Virus record (IMG/VR): IMGVR_UViG_3300007634_000002
Coordinates: 11,519 to 75,518 of that record
From: a virus
Length of the DNA: 64,000 nt
Direction: 5' to 3' (one strand)
Shown here: positions 27,524 through 38,220 of the stretch, piece by piece
How positions within the stretch are numbered: the stretch's first letter is position 1
Layout: every line of letters starts with the position of its first letter
Translations under genes and position numbers: made by a program
The notes under the pieces: generated by a model
The model's input: the letters and a program-made list of their open reading frames with translations, nothing else
What the model was told of the DNA's origin: nothing
Database searches by the model: none

Positions 27524-30500
27524 TGGACCCACAAAGCATAACTAATATTCTCGGCATGGGAGCAAGTTATGCGCCGCTGGCTTCCAATTTAGCGCCACAG
27601 TTTTCATCATCCATGTCAGGGTTACCTCTTCCCGGTGGCCCTGAGACGCGATTAATGTTTGAAATGGCGTTGGGTTCTCAATTCAATTCGATTATGTCAA
27701 AAGCTGGAATGGCTGGAATTGGTGTCGGGCACGGTCAAAACATGTACGACAGGCTTCAGTCTCAGGAATTCTATAGACGTTTACAGGAATCGCAGGCAGA
27801 TGCAGCTAAGCAAGACAGATCTTCGTTCATGGGTACTATGCGCGGTATGGCGTTGCTGACAGGACAACCATTCACGCCAGAGATGAAAACAGCCGCCGGG
27901 CATATTTCAGATTTAGCCGTTTCTGCTTCGCCCTTCCTCGCCCCTATGTTCGGGGATGTGATTGACCAACTTCACGGTCGGCGTGGTTCTGCAATGATTA
28001 TGCAGCAACGCATGGCGTCAGCTGGGCGCTATAGATTGGATCCAACTACCGGTCAAATGGGCATGAGTAATCAATCGCTTAAACGTTTAAACGAAAATAT
28101 CATGGAGGATTTTTATTCAGACGAAAAAATCGGACAAATGAAAGGCATTTCCGCAGGACAGCTTGGTTCTCTTTACAGTGAATTATCGACGCGTGGCATG
28201 ATTGCAGGGTCAGCATTCCGTCCGTCAATTTCTGCGGCGGATTTAACCAAGAACATGTCTGCCGATGATGCCGTAGCTTTGGCTAGAAGAGCAGGCGTGC
28301 AGAACATACGTAAAGGCAAAAATGGTCAGGTTGATCTTAGCGGTATGGGTTCAGACGATTTAAGCAAATTAACACAGGCTGCAACACAAGATGCTGGATT
28401 CATGGAGAAATTGGATACAAACAAAGTAAAGCGGTCATTGAAATCGCATCTTGAAGCTATTACAGCGATGCGTGATATTTTTGGCGACGCAGGTAAACCC
28501 AATGCACCTATACCCGAATTGATGCGGGCGTTAGACGCTATGTCTATGGGTTCAATGGGACAAGTTGACGCAGGCCGTCTCGCTAAGACGGTGCGACAAA
28601 CATATTATCTTGCTAAAAGCGCAGGCATCAGTGCAGATACCGCTATGTTGATTCAGCAAGACGCCGCAGTGCATGGCCGTCAGTTGGGAATTGAATCGCC
28701 GTTTGCCATGACAGCAACGCAACACGCTTTAGCATTCAACGCAACATTACGCTCTTCAGGTGCTTTCGCCACGCCTGTGTTTGGTGGTATGACAGAAGCT
28801 CAAATGACACAGTTCGGTCGCAAATTAACAACACAAGGAATCGCTTCTAATCTTGGTACGCGCTTCGGTACTTTGGCGCGTATGCGTGATGCTATGGACG
28901 GTAAGGTAGCTGGTACCGACTTGGGGGGCGTACTGGAAGCAATCCAGAACAACGAGACATTTGCTACGATCGGCGGCCGAAAAGTTGATTTGACAAAACT
29001 TACTAATCAGCAGGTTGAACAAATTGGTGTTAACGCAGGATTGTCCAAAAGTACAATTGCGAACATGCTTACGCAGAAACCACAAGCACGTGAAGCATTA
29101 GACCGTAACCCTGAGTTGGCAGCCTACGTACGTGAGACAGCACAACCAGCAGAAGTAGGCCGTACGCTAACACGTTCAGCTGTAGCTTCTCTTGGTGCCG
29201 GATTGCGCCCTTATGGTATTTCCGGAACGCAGCTGTCGGGACTTGCAACCAATGTCGTTGCTAAAATGCGTGAGTTAACGCCTGACGATTACAACCAAAT
29301 GCCTGACTTTGAAAAGAATATGGCGCGTATTATTGAAGAGCAATTACCCGCTAATGTCCGAAACGCTTTACCTAAAAATCCAGAACAACGTCAAGCTGCT
29401 CTTCGCATGTTGGCCACGTCCGTTATTGGCAACATGGACAAGACGACAATGAAGGGCATGAACGCCAAGTTGCAGAACGTACTGACAACTACAGATCCAC
29501 GTGTTTTGGCAGAAACGCGGTCACGACAACAATACGAAAAAATACAGGATGTTGCCCGTTCTACGATGTCAGGTGTAACGGGTGATTCGATGCTACGCAG
29601 TATTGTGGACGCAGTTAAAAATACAAAAGAAGGTGATCCTGACGCTGGCATGAAAATTATTGGCGCGGCACTTGGTGGCATAGACATTGCCACAATTAGA
29701 GAAAAGCTTGGGGCACCAGTAGAAGAAATGGGCAAAGTTCAGCAAGAAATTGAAGATTTAGCTAAAAAACAAATGAAGTTCAAACCCAACACAAAAGAAT
29801 ACAAAGATTTGCAAAAGGAAATTGACGTCAAACAAACGGCGCTTAAAGGTGCTGTAGATAAACTTCAGAAAGGCGCCGCTGCCGTAGGAGCTGTTTCAAC
29901 AACAGGAATTACCAATGCAGACATGGATGCCGCAACAGAAGCATCTAAACGTAGCAGTACGCTTAGCGTAACTATGGGTGGCATGTTTGGCGTTAATCAG
30001 AACATTACTGCGGATGAAATTGAAAAATATAAAACAGATATTACTGCAAATGTAAAAAAACAAGCTAGTGCGGTACTGATGGATCCTAAAGCAACACCAG
30101 AGCAAAAAGCAACAGCAACTAAACAAATAGATGATATAGCAGCAGGTAAATTTAAAGTTTCAGACGCAGCTGCGCGCAAAGGAATTAGTGACGAACGCGC
30201 CCGCATGGTTAAAGAACCGATTACAGAAGCTGAAATTGATGCCTTATTGAAAACTGACGCAGCAAAAGGCAGTACCCGTAAAGAAGCAAGCGATTTTCTT
30301 ATGATGCAAAAAAGAGCCGCAGCCTTAGGCATTACTGAAGCAGACATTGAGGAGCACCTCGGCCACCGTAGAGCTATTGATGTAGTTCCAGATACGCTTG
30401 CATCGAAGCAAGAATCAATGATTGCGCTTATGACGTATAACGAATTCCGCGTATCTGACGCAGAAATTAACAAAGAAATGACAAAGAATAATGTGCGCGA

Positions 30501-31773
30501 TCCTGAACAGGCGCGTACAAACATTCTAAAACAACGTCAAAAAGAAAAAAGTGAAAAATTCGATGAGTTCCGTAAGACGGATGCTGGCGCGCACATGAAA
30601 AAATTAGAAGATGAGGATAAGGCCAACCTTAGAAACATGATTGATAAATTGCGTGAACCGTTGGCTGTTTTGAAAATGGGCAAGGGCGCGCTAGATACCG
30701 CAGCTGAACTTGAAGGAATTCAGCAAAAAATGACCAATCTTGCCGCAGACTTTAGCGGCGGCGATATGGCTAAATTCCGTGCGGGTATTTTTACCGAAGA
30801 CGTTATAAGCGATCCCAAGAAATCGCAAGCGGCTGTGGAAGCGCAGCAAGAAATGGCCAATTTAAATAAACAACGTGACGCCGTATTGAAAGGCATGCGT
30901 GGCGCAAACGTAGGGAAAGACGCCAAAGAAATCCGTATGAAAACTGCGGCGCTTAAAGCCGCTGGTGTTGACGTAAAAGGAACAACTCTTGAAGAAATCA
31001 ACAAACAAATCGCAGGGTTAGATGCGGGGGCTAAGAATAAATTTCAAACAGAATATGCTGATACTGAAAAACTAGAAAAGTTTGACGAAAAAGACGTTGC
31101 CCTTATTAAAGAAACGGGCAACGACAAATTGTCTAAAGAACAAAAAATTAAGTTAGACAAAAGCATAGAAGCGCGCGCCAAGGTTCTAGGCATGGATCCT
31201 GCGGAACTGCGGCGTTTGTACGACAAACGCAGACCTGAATTAGAAAAAGCCGCAGAGGCGGAAAAATTACAAGGTTTAAAAAATTCTGAAGTAGCCGATC
31301 GCTTTAAAGGTTTGGCTATGCCTGAATTAAGTGCAGACGGACGCAAAAAATTAGATGAGTTGCTGGGAGGTGAAAACGGTGCCAACGTCAAACAAGAACT
31401 TATTGGATTTATTGGCGCAAAAGAACGATTGCAAACTGTTGGAAAAGATAAGAAAAAGAACTTGGACGAAATACAAAAAGCGTATGACGAAGGTATGAAA
31501 AAAGGCGACATGGCGGACTTTACGAAAGAATTTGGTGTTCGAGCAATTGATGACATTAAAACCATGAATCGCGTGGTTAAAAAAGGTGCAAAAGAAGAAG
31601 ACTTCTTGAAGAGTTTGGAACAAGCCAAACAAAGGCCTGATGCAAAAGCCGCAGATCCTAAAAAAGAATTGGTCGTTAAAGGTGAATTGTCCGGTAAGTT
31701 TGAAATTGTTGGTAATCAACTGCAAGGTAAAAACCTGCAAATAAACAATGGTCGCGGCGCAATGGACGCTTAA
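27523..31773 (+). CDS. Tape measure protein
   Basis: 1416-aa Ala/Gly/Met/Lys-rich helical protein between the chaperones and baseplate genes. Confidence 0.75.
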   Translation: MDPQSITNILGMGASYAPLASNLAPQFSSSMSGLPLPGGPETRLMFEMALGSQFNSIMSKAGMAGIGVGHGQNMYDRLQSQEFYRRLQESQADAAKQDRSSFMGTMRGMALLTGQPFTPEMKTAAGHISDLAVSASPFLAPMFGDVIDQLHGRRGSAMIMQQRMASAGRYRLDPTTGQMGMSNQSLKRLNENIMEDFYSDEKIGQMKGISAGQLGSLYSELSTRGMIAGSAFRPSISAADLTKNMSADDAVALARRAGVQNIRKGKNGQVDLSGMGSDDLSKLTQAATQDAGFMEKLDTNKVKRSLKSHLEAITAMRDIFGDAGKPNAPIPELMRALDAMSMGSMGQVDAGRLAKTVRQTYYLAKSAGISADTAMLIQQDAAVHGRQLGIESPFAMTATQHALAFNATLRSSGAFATPVFGGMTEAQMTQFGRKLTTQGIASNLGTRFGTLARMRDAMDGKVAGTDLGGVLEAIQNNETFATIGGRKVDLTKLTNQQVEQIGVNAGLSKSTIANMLTQKPQAREALDRNPELAAYVRETAQPAEVGRTLTRSAVASLGAGLRPYGISGTQLSGLATNVVAKMRELTPDDYNQMPDFEKNMARIIEEQLPANVRNALPKNPEQRQAALRMLATSVIGNMDKTTMKGMNAKLQNVLTTTDPRVLAETRSRQQYEKIQDVARSTMSGVTGDSMLRSIVDAVKNTKEGDPDAGMKIIGAALGGIDIATIREKLGAPVEEMGKVQQEIEDLAKKQMKFKPNTKEYKDLQKEIDVKQTALKGAVDKLQKGAAAVGAVSTTGITNADMDAATEASKRSSTLSVTMGGMFGVNQNITADEIEKYKTDITANVKKQASAVLMDPKATPEQKATATKQIDDIAAGKFKVSDAAARKGISDERARMVKEPITEAEIDALLKTDAAKGSTRKEASDFLMMQKRAAALGITEADIEEHLGHRRAIDVVPDTLASKQESMIALMTYNEFRVSDAEINKEMTKNNVRDPEQARTNILKQRQKEKSEKFDEFRKTDAGAHMKKLEDEDKANLRNMIDKLREPLAVLKMGKGALDTAAELEGIQQKMTNLAADFSGGDMAKFRAGIFTEDVISDPKKSQAAVEAQQEMANLNKQRDAVLKGMRGANVGKDAKEIRMKTAALKAAGVDVKGTTLEEINKQIAGLDAGAKNKFQTEYADTEKLEKFDEKDVALIKETGNDKLSKEQKIKLDKSIEARAKVLGMDPAELRRLYDKRRPELEKAAEAEKLQGLKNSEVADRFKGLAMPELSADGRKKLDELLGGENGANVKQELIGFIGAKERLQTVGKDKKKNLDEIQKAYDEGMKKGDMADFTKEFGVRAIDDIKTMNRVVKKGAKEEDFLKSLEQAKQRPDAKAADPKKELVVKGELSGKFEIVGNQLQGKNLQINNGRGAMDA

Positions 31774-31787
31774 AGAGGTTACCAGTC

Positions 31788-32261
31788 ATGCCGACATTAT
31801 TTGCTAACTGTCCGGGCCGTGTCGTGCAGGTACGGCAGCCAACGTCGTATTGTGACATTCGCATGATTGCTATTAACAATCAAAGCCTTACAGACTTAAG
31901 TTATCAACGTTCTGCCGTAATACTAACGCGCATCACTGTAAGCCATCAAGTTAATGCACAGTTTCTGCACACTGTTGGCAATCGTGTATACATTTATTCT
32001 TTTGGGGATAGGATTGGCCAAATTACGTTGTCAGGATTGGCATTTGCTCAGACATGTGAACGAGGCCCGTCTGTGCATTCTGGAGCAAATGTTTTTAACT
32101 GGTACATTGCCAACAAGGCCAGTACTAAAGTAACTCCCTTGTTTGTCACGATCTACAACACAACATTTCAGGCATTTCTTTTGGGCCTCAATATGGAAGT
32201 CATTGATCCAGCAACCAAGCTGGTGCAATGGAATCTTACTCTAGCCACTATGCCGGGATGA
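31788..32261 (+). CDS. Tube-like baseplate/tube-initiator protein
   Basis: Size and VYIYSFGDRIGQITLSG segment resemble the tube protein 22699..23175; follows the tape measure gene. Confidence 0.5.
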   Translation: MPTLFANCPGRVVQVRQPTSYCDIRMIAINNQSLTDLSYQRSAVILTRITVSHQVNAQFLHTVGNRVYIYSFGDRIGQITLSGLAFAQTCERGPSVHSGANVFNWYIANKASTKVTPLFVTIYNTTFQAFLLGLNMEVIDPATKLVQWNLTLATMPG

Positions 32262-33046
32262 TCATGCTTAATCATATATGGACACTTTTGATTAATAACA
32301 CCGTAACTTCAGCAGTTACTGGCCGTTTAGGCGATCTTCCACAAACGCCCGGATATAAGAGCGTGACATTACCATCAAGTTTGCAAAACATCCGACGTCT
32401 GTTGTTTGGAGGACAGCCAGATCCTGAAACGTTGAATTACCGAACACGCCAACTTCTTAGCTGCGTATTAAATAGCTCATTGGCCGAATTCGCAACCGCT
32501 TTAGATTCAAGACATACCTACGACGCCAGCGGATCTGATTTTTTTAACTTAGAGCTGTATTATCCTCGCCCGCAACGAATAAGCGGACCAACAACGGCAG
32601 GTATGAATATTCACGGTAGCCCAGAATCTGACGACGCAAATGGAATCATGGCTTATAGTTACACGATTACAGACAACGGCGCTGCTGACATTTATCTGAC
32701 AGGATCTCGCAATGAATTTCAAGCCTTACCGGGATTAGCTGCCAACGAACAACAGCGACTTGGTAAAAGTGGTTATTACTTCTCACTGACGGCGCCTAAT
32801 GCCGCACAAACGTGGCTAGTCGAATTTGTTAATAAACCTAAAATCACATTAGGACAAATTATAGCTAACATCAGCGTAGCCGGAGAACCGACTTTACTTG
32901 CGCTTTTTGGCATTACAGACGAACAACCTTTTCAAACTTTTCGGAATATTTTCTTTGATGTGCCTGATTTGCCGTTAAAGTGTGCTGCTGTAGCTTTGGC
33001 ATTGGCGTATCGGACAGAGCAATTACGCGTAGGAGTGTCCACATGA
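32258..33046 (+). CDS. Hypothetical baseplate protein
   Basis: ATGA overlap at 32258 with the upstream stop. Confidence 0.55.
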   Translation: MIMLNHIWTLLINNTVTSAVTGRLGDLPQTPGYKSVTLPSSLQNIRRLLFGGQPDPETLNYRTRQLLSCVLNSSLAEFATALDSRHTYDASGSDFFNLELYYPRPQRISGPTTAGMNIHGSPESDDANGIMAYSYTITDNGAADIYLTGSRNEFQALPGLAANEQQRLGKSGYYFSLTAPNAAQTWLVEFVNKPKITLGQIIANISVAGEPTLLALFGITDEQPFQTFRNIFFDVPDLPLKCAAVALALAYRTEQLRVGVST

Positions 33047-34755
33047 TCATTCCGACACAAGCTGGTGTCAGTTATTCGTATTCGGATTTTACTCGACTAG
33101 GTCCTCGCTCGTTGCATTTGGCAGTAAACAACAAAGTGTTTCCATTGACAGCATTTAGTGCTGATTTCGCCATGAACGAAATTCCCGCAGCTACGTGCAC
33201 TGTTGGCGTTGGGCGCGACGTGCAATCAAGCAATGCCACACGGTATGCTCCGATTCACGACGTTTTTGTTTGGGGCAAAATGCAAGCAGCAAAAGTTTAT
33301 TTTGCTCCTGTCGGGAATGAGACAACGGGTAAACCGTGGAAAACACCTATTCTTTTGTTCGATGGTTACATAACTGCTGTGCGTCGGACCAAACATTTTA
33401 ATAAGTATCAAATAGAAATAACGTTGATTCATTGGTTGCATGATTTGGCAGCGTCTTCAGCACTTTCAGGCAATGCGCATGTAAACAATCCTGCGGACAT
33501 GACAGTTGCAGCTGTAATGGGTTCGTTTCAAGACGTTGGTGCGTATACGAGCGATTCTGTCGCTAATACTTTAATGTTGCCCGGATTACTGGATGTTCAA
33601 ATTTATCACGACATGTGGGGTGTTATTAAAACAATTTTTAGTAGTTTTGCGCAACAACAGCATTTTCCTGTTGAAGCGGCTGATTTGACTTGTTTGCAAA
33701 ATGTCATGGTAAGAAATAATACACGTGCATTACGAGCATTGAGCCGTATAGAAGGCCCTGATTGGTCTGGACTCGAAGATCCAGCCACAATCGGACAAGT
33801 TAGTGCAGGTCCCGCATACGCTAACTATACGTTCGGCAGTCCTCTAGGATTTGATGCGGGTACTGATGTTGAAATAATCGATGCTATCATGCAATTTCTC
33901 AACAATGAAACGTTGCGCAGCTATGCAGAATCATCGTTTTGGACAAAACTCGTAACGCAGTTGTGCCCGGCTTTTGGTATGGCTGTCGTACCTATGATTG
34001 ACCGTGCATTAGTGATTGCTGACGTACCGTTGTATACGGCGGCAAATAGTCAGGCGTATAAAACAATTTATTCCACGGAATACGACTCAGAAGTTTCTTC
34101 CGGAGCACTGGAGCGTTTATTGTCCGGTGTTATTGTTATGCCTGCGTCGGGATCCGTTACAAATGTCATGAGTTCAGACAATCTAACTGTTTCTGGTTGT
34201 TACGGATCGCTAGCAGCTGATCCAGAGGGTGTTATCTTAACTGTAAGTGGTCCGCCGTGGCTAGAACTGATCACTACGGCTGAAAATCCACTGCTGTTGG
34301 GTCAGGAAACGGGTGTTAGTGCTACCGTGACTATTTTTGATCGTTGGGCCAAAGAAATTTTTAGTAAAAATGCGTTACGGGGCAGGCAGCAACACATATC
34401 AGGTCGGTTGCGGTTCGATATCGCTCCGGGATCAATCGTGCGCATTAGCAGCGGCTCAGAACGCTTTGGCGGCGTACAAATCCGCGACACTCGTGACTCA
34501 TTAGCCTTTGATACGATTGGTCAAGTTTCGCGGGTTTCTTTTTACATCAATGCGGAATCACCTGCGGCAGGTACGTCTTTTGTATTGTCAAACATACGTA
34601 CTGGCTGGGAATACGCCAGCCCCGCAACGCAAGCGCGATTAGGGCGACCTGCACTCGCCGACTATAATATAGAAGGACCGACGCTGTTTTCAGCTTCAAG
34701 TATTCACGGCGGCGGATTACACGGTGCGCCATTAAATTTCATGTTTTACAGGTAA
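33043..34755 (+). CDS. Baseplate hub-like protein
   Basis: AGGAG RBS and ATGA overlap at 33043; LRGRQQHISGRLRFDIAPGSIVRI resembles hub (gp27/gpD-like) C-terminal motifs. Confidence 0.55.
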   Translation: MIIPTQAGVSYSYSDFTRLGPRSLHLAVNNKVFPLTAFSADFAMNEIPAATCTVGVGRDVQSSNATRYAPIHDVFVWGKMQAAKVYFAPVGNETTGKPWKTPILLFDGYITAVRRTKHFNKYQIEITLIHWLHDLAASSALSGNAHVNNPADMTVAAVMGSFQDVGAYTSDSVANTLMLPGLLDVQIYHDMWGVIKTIFSSFAQQQHFPVEAADLTCLQNVMVRNNTRALRALSRIEGPDWSGLEDPATIGQVSAGPAYANYTFGSPLGFDAGTDVEIIDAIMQFLNNETLRSYAESSFWTKLVTQLCPAFGMAVVPMIDRALVIADVPLYTAANSQAYKTIYSTEYDSEVSSGALERLLSGVIVMPASGSVTNVMSSDNLTVSGCYGSLAADPEGVILTVSGPPWLELITTAENPLLLGQETGVSATVTIFDRWAKEIFSKNALRGRQQHISGRLRFDIAPGSIVRISSGSERFGGVQIRDTRDSLAFDTIGQVSRVSFYINAESPAAGTSFVLSNIRTGWEYASPATQARLGRPALADYNIEGPTLFSASSIHGGGLHGAPLNFMFYR

Positions 34756-34761
34756 TCATTT

Positions 34762-35505
34762 ATGGCACAGGACATTGAACCTGAATTTGCTGAGCCATAT
34801 CGGGCGTGGAAAACTACGCCCGGACAAGAAAGCAACGCTGGTTTACTTAAAGCGTTAAAACCTACCATTGCTGGCGCAATTAAAACACACGTTGGCGAAA
34901 GCAACCCATTGATTGAAAGTCGTGCTCGTAAACTCGTGTTGGATACTATGCACGGCTATGCTCCAAATCGTGGGCGCCTCAGTGCGTATGTGTACGGACA
35001 ATTGCAAGGCCTTAAACGAATTAATCGCCAACAGACCAGCGTATTAAAAACGCCTGAACGTGTAATGCAAGATAGTTATTTTCTCTCGCAGGCCGAGAAA
35101 GATTTAGAACACGAACTTGGACGATCACCCACAGATAATGAATTATCCGATAAAACGGGTTTGTCGTCAAAACGCATGCATAGCGTTCGTAAGTTCTATG
35201 CGCCAGTATCTGAAGGACAAATTGTAGACCCTGAAACCGGCACGTCTGGTTACGAAGGCGCAGCAAGCAATCCTTGGCAAAAACAACAGCATTCTGCTTG
35301 GACTCGATTTGTATACGACGATCTTGATCCATACCATCAACAGATTATGGAACATACGTTGGGTTTAAACGGAAAACGTCTTTTAAGCAACATGGAGCTT
35401 GCTAATAAATTAAAGCGTTCCCCCGGAGCTATTAGTCAAGGTAAGGCGCGCATTCAAGCATTTTTGGATCAAGGTGGCGAATTGTCGCCGTTTGGAGGCG
35501 GGTGA
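34762..35505 (+). CDS. Phage-encoded sigma70-family RNA polymerase sigma factor
   Basis: Region 2-like (GYAPNRGRLSAYVY), region 3 (LEHELGRSPTDNELSDKTGLS) and region 4 HTH (LGLNGKRLLSNMELANKLKRSPGAISQ). Confidence 0.8.
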   Translation: MAQDIEPEFAEPYRAWKTTPGQESNAGLLKALKPTIAGAIKTHVGESNPLIESRARKLVLDTMHGYAPNRGRLSAYVYGQLQGLKRINRQQTSVLKTPERVMQDSYFLSQAEKDLEHELGRSPTDNELSDKTGLSSKRMHSVRKFYAPVSEGQIVDPETGTSGYEGAASNPWQKQQHSAWTRFVYDDLDPYHQQIMEHTLGLNGKRLLSNMELANKLKRSPGAISQGKARIQAFLDQGGELSPFGGG

Positions 35506-35999
35506 TGGCAGCGCAATCTTCGCAAGAATTTCGTCCACGCAGCAAAGTCAACATGGACGCAAATTACGAAGGTCGTTTTCGTGATTTTATAACGCATGCA
35601 GAAGACGCAGTATCAAATTTATCCCAAGGACGGGGACACGTATGGTTTCGTCCGGGAGATTGGGATGGCGCACTTGGTGTTGCGGAATTAGAAAATATGT
35701 CAGGACCGTTTTCACGGCAAGACATATTTGACGAGTTTTCCGAAGTACTTTCTCCGGCAACAAAGCAAGCACCGCCGGGAACTGTTGGCGATATTATTGC
35801 TGCCACAACTATGGCAGAAACATTAAGCGTAATGGAACGTGCGTTACGTATGCGGCATACGATGCGCAGAATACGCGCCACGTGTCATGTAATTGGACGT
35901 AAAAAAGCACACAGCTCTGACACGGGTCCATTCACGCAAAACAACGTTGAATATCTGCGCGGGCTTCTAAAACAAAGTCGTCAAGTTAAAGGTGCTTAA
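35505..35999 (+). CDS. Hypothetical protein
   Basis: GGAGG RBS, TGATG overlap. Confidence 0.6.
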   Translation: MAAQSSQEFRPRSKVNMDANYEGRFRDFITHAEDAVSNLSQGRGHVWFRPGDWDGALGVAELENMSGPFSRQDIFDEFSEVLSPATKQAPPGTVGDIIAATTMAETLSVMERALRMRHTMRRIRATCHVIGRKKAHSSDTGPFTQNNVEYLRGLLKQSRQVKGA

Positions 36000-36001
36000 T
36001 C

Positions 36002-36478
36002 ATGAGTACTGTTGCCGATTACGTAGGCCGTTTAAACGATTATTGTGTGTTACGGCAAACAAAAGCTGTAGGATCTTCGCAAGAATTAGAACAAGCTTTA
36101 TTTACGGCAAAAGACGCCGGGCAGATTTGCACAGGCGTTCATAAACTGATGCAACGTTTTCTTTTAATCTTTTTGTTAAAGTCAGGAAGCTTGCGGTACG
36201 ATCCAAATCGCGGCACCACATTTATGGTTGACGCCGAAAGAGGGTACTGGCGTACGGTTGCAGACGTGCGTTCATCCTTCACAACATCTAAGGATCTTGC
36301 GCGCAGACAAATGACATCAGAAGTTAAAACAACAGATCCTAACGACGAAATTCTTGATGATGTTACATTAGATGCTGTGACTTTGGGTGATGGTAAAGTC
36401 AACTTAACAATGACTTTGACTTCTTTAGCGGGGTCAAACTACACGTTCATCACGCCCATCGGTGTCAGTGTTCGTTAA
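36002..36478 (+). CDS. Baseplate wedge/sheath-initiator protein (gp25/gpW-like)
   Basis: 158 aa immediately upstream of the J-like gene; KLMQRFLLIFL...G.L...P..GT pattern. Confidence 0.6.
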   Translation: MSTVADYVGRLNDYCVLRQTKAVGSSQELEQALFTAKDAGQICTGVHKLMQRFLLIFLLKSGSLRYDPNRGTTFMVDAERGYWRTVADVRSSFTTSKDLARRQMTSEVKTTDPNDEILDDVTLDAVTLGDGKVNLTMTLTSLAGSNYTFITPIGVSVR

Positions 36479-36489
36479 CGGAGTGAACC

Positions 36490-38139
36490 ATGGCAGTTAC
36501 CCCACAAGCGCTTGATGCATTGTCTGCCGAATTGGTTGCGGCGTCTATCGACGAAGTTAGCCAACGAATAGCAGAAGATAATCCTACGCTTGATGTTAGT
36601 CGTGGCGTCTTTTACGAATTACTTGTCTACTATCACGCACTGTTGGCGACTCGTCTCGATACACTCATTAATGACTATCGGCGAGCACGTAGTTTATTGG
36701 CACTGGAGCAAGATCCTGATCTGGCCGACACTGATTTGGTTGACGACGTATTATCCAATTTTCGGCTGGAACGAAAAGCCGGTACCGCAGCTACAGGCAG
36801 TGTTGCTATTATCCTGAGCAACAACATCACAGTGACGCTCGGGCGCAATACATTTTTTCAAGCTCAAGGTTTACGGTACCGCACCACGCAAGTTTATTCT
36901 GCTAAAGCTGAAGCCGCACAAGTTAATACTGCAACGGATCGGTTGATTACGCCAACAGCCGATGGGCGGTATATGTTTACGTTGGAAGTTGAAGCACTTG
37001 CCACAGGCGCCGAATACAACATTGAAAAAAACACACTGGTTGTTCCGGTCAATCCTCCGCCCGCCTATGTAACTTCTTACGCAATCACGGATTTTTCGTC
37101 AGGTACAACTGCTGAAACAAACACAGCTGTTTTAAAACGATTGCAAGAAGGTATTGCGGCTAAAACATTGTCCAACCGCGTAACTATGGCAGCTTTTTTA
37201 CGAAACATTGATGCGTATAGCCGAATTGTTGGTACGTCAATTATTGGCTGCGGTGACGCCGAAATGTTTAGGGACAAACATTCTATTTTCCCTGTTGCAT
37301 TAGGTGGGCGCGCGGATTGGTATGTTCGTAGCGAGTATTTGCCTGTTACAGTGCAAAAAACAATAACCGCTGTTCGTTTAAGTGAAAATACAATTGCAGG
37401 TCAACCTATTTGGCAATTTTCTATTTCCCGAGACACAGCACCCGGATTTTACGAGGTGCGCGCAATACGGCCTAAGAATGCGGCTGTAGCTTTGGGTAAA
37501 TTGTTGTTGGTATCCGACACACGTGGATACGATCTTGGCACAGACGATTTTGTGCCTGACATTATTTCTGCAACCGAAGCTGCGTATTCTCGGTATCAAA
37601 CAGCCGTTATTAAATTTGCCGACACGACTCAAGACTCTGCGACATACAGCGCAGGGGCTACGTTGGAATACGATGCCGACATTCAATACATGCCGTTAAT
37701 TATGGAAGTACAAAACACAGTTAATTCCCGAGATATTAGGCATCACGGGGCTGACTGTTTGATTAAAGCTCCTGTGCCGTGTTTCGTACAAATAAGTTTC
37801 ACGGTTTACAAGCAATCCAACGAAACAGCACCCGATGTAGCTGCCATCCAGTTAGCCGTTTCAAGCGCAATTAATGCCGTAGGTTTTGTTGGGCGCGTGT
37901 ACGCTTCCAAAATTCAAGACGTTGTACACGGTTTCTTGCCTACGAACAGCAGCGTCGGCGCAATTGATATTTTTGGACGCATCCGCTACCCCGACGGATC
38001 CAATAAGTACTTGCGTAATTCAGAGTTTATTCAAATTCCCGATGCTCCAGAAAGTTTAGTAACATACCGCACAACACAATTTTTCTGTCGGGCGGAAGAC
38101 GTATTTGTCACAATTGAAACGGCGATTCCTGAAGGTTAA
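36490..38139 (+). CDS. Baseplate J-like (gp6-like) wedge protein
   Basis: RKAGTAATGSV, VEALATGAEYNI, SGTTAETNTAVLKR and GRADWYV are baseplate-J hallmarks. Confidence 0.8.
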   Translation: MAVTPQALDALSAELVAASIDEVSQRIAEDNPTLDVSRGVFYELLVYYHALLATRLDTLINDYRRARSLLALEQDPDLADTDLVDDVLSNFRLERKAGTAATGSVAIILSNNITVTLGRNTFFQAQGLRYRTTQVYSAKAEAAQVNTATDRLITPTADGRYMFTLEVEALATGAEYNIEKNTLVVPVNPPPAYVTSYAITDFSSGTTAETNTAVLKRLQEGIAAKTLSNRVTMAAFLRNIDAYSRIVGTSIIGCGDAEMFRDKHSIFPVALGGRADWYVRSEYLPVTVQKTITAVRLSENTIAGQPIWQFSISRDTAPGFYEVRAIRPKNAAVALGKLLLVSDTRGYDLGTDDFVPDIISATEAAYSRYQTAVIKFADTTQDSATYSAGATLEYDADIQYMPLIMEVQNTVNSRDIRHHGADCLIKAPVPCFVQISFTVYKQSNETAPDVAAIQLAVSSAINAVGFVGRVYASKIQDVVHGFLPTNSSVGAIDIFGRIRYPDGSNKYLRNSEFIQIPDAPESLVTYRTTQFFCRAEDVFVTIETAIPEG

Positions 38140-38220
38140 GTGAGGAATCGACAAAAGGCCTTGTTTTTCATGTAATAATGTTGCACAACAAGTTAGACTC
38201 TTTTGTACAGGGAGTATTCG

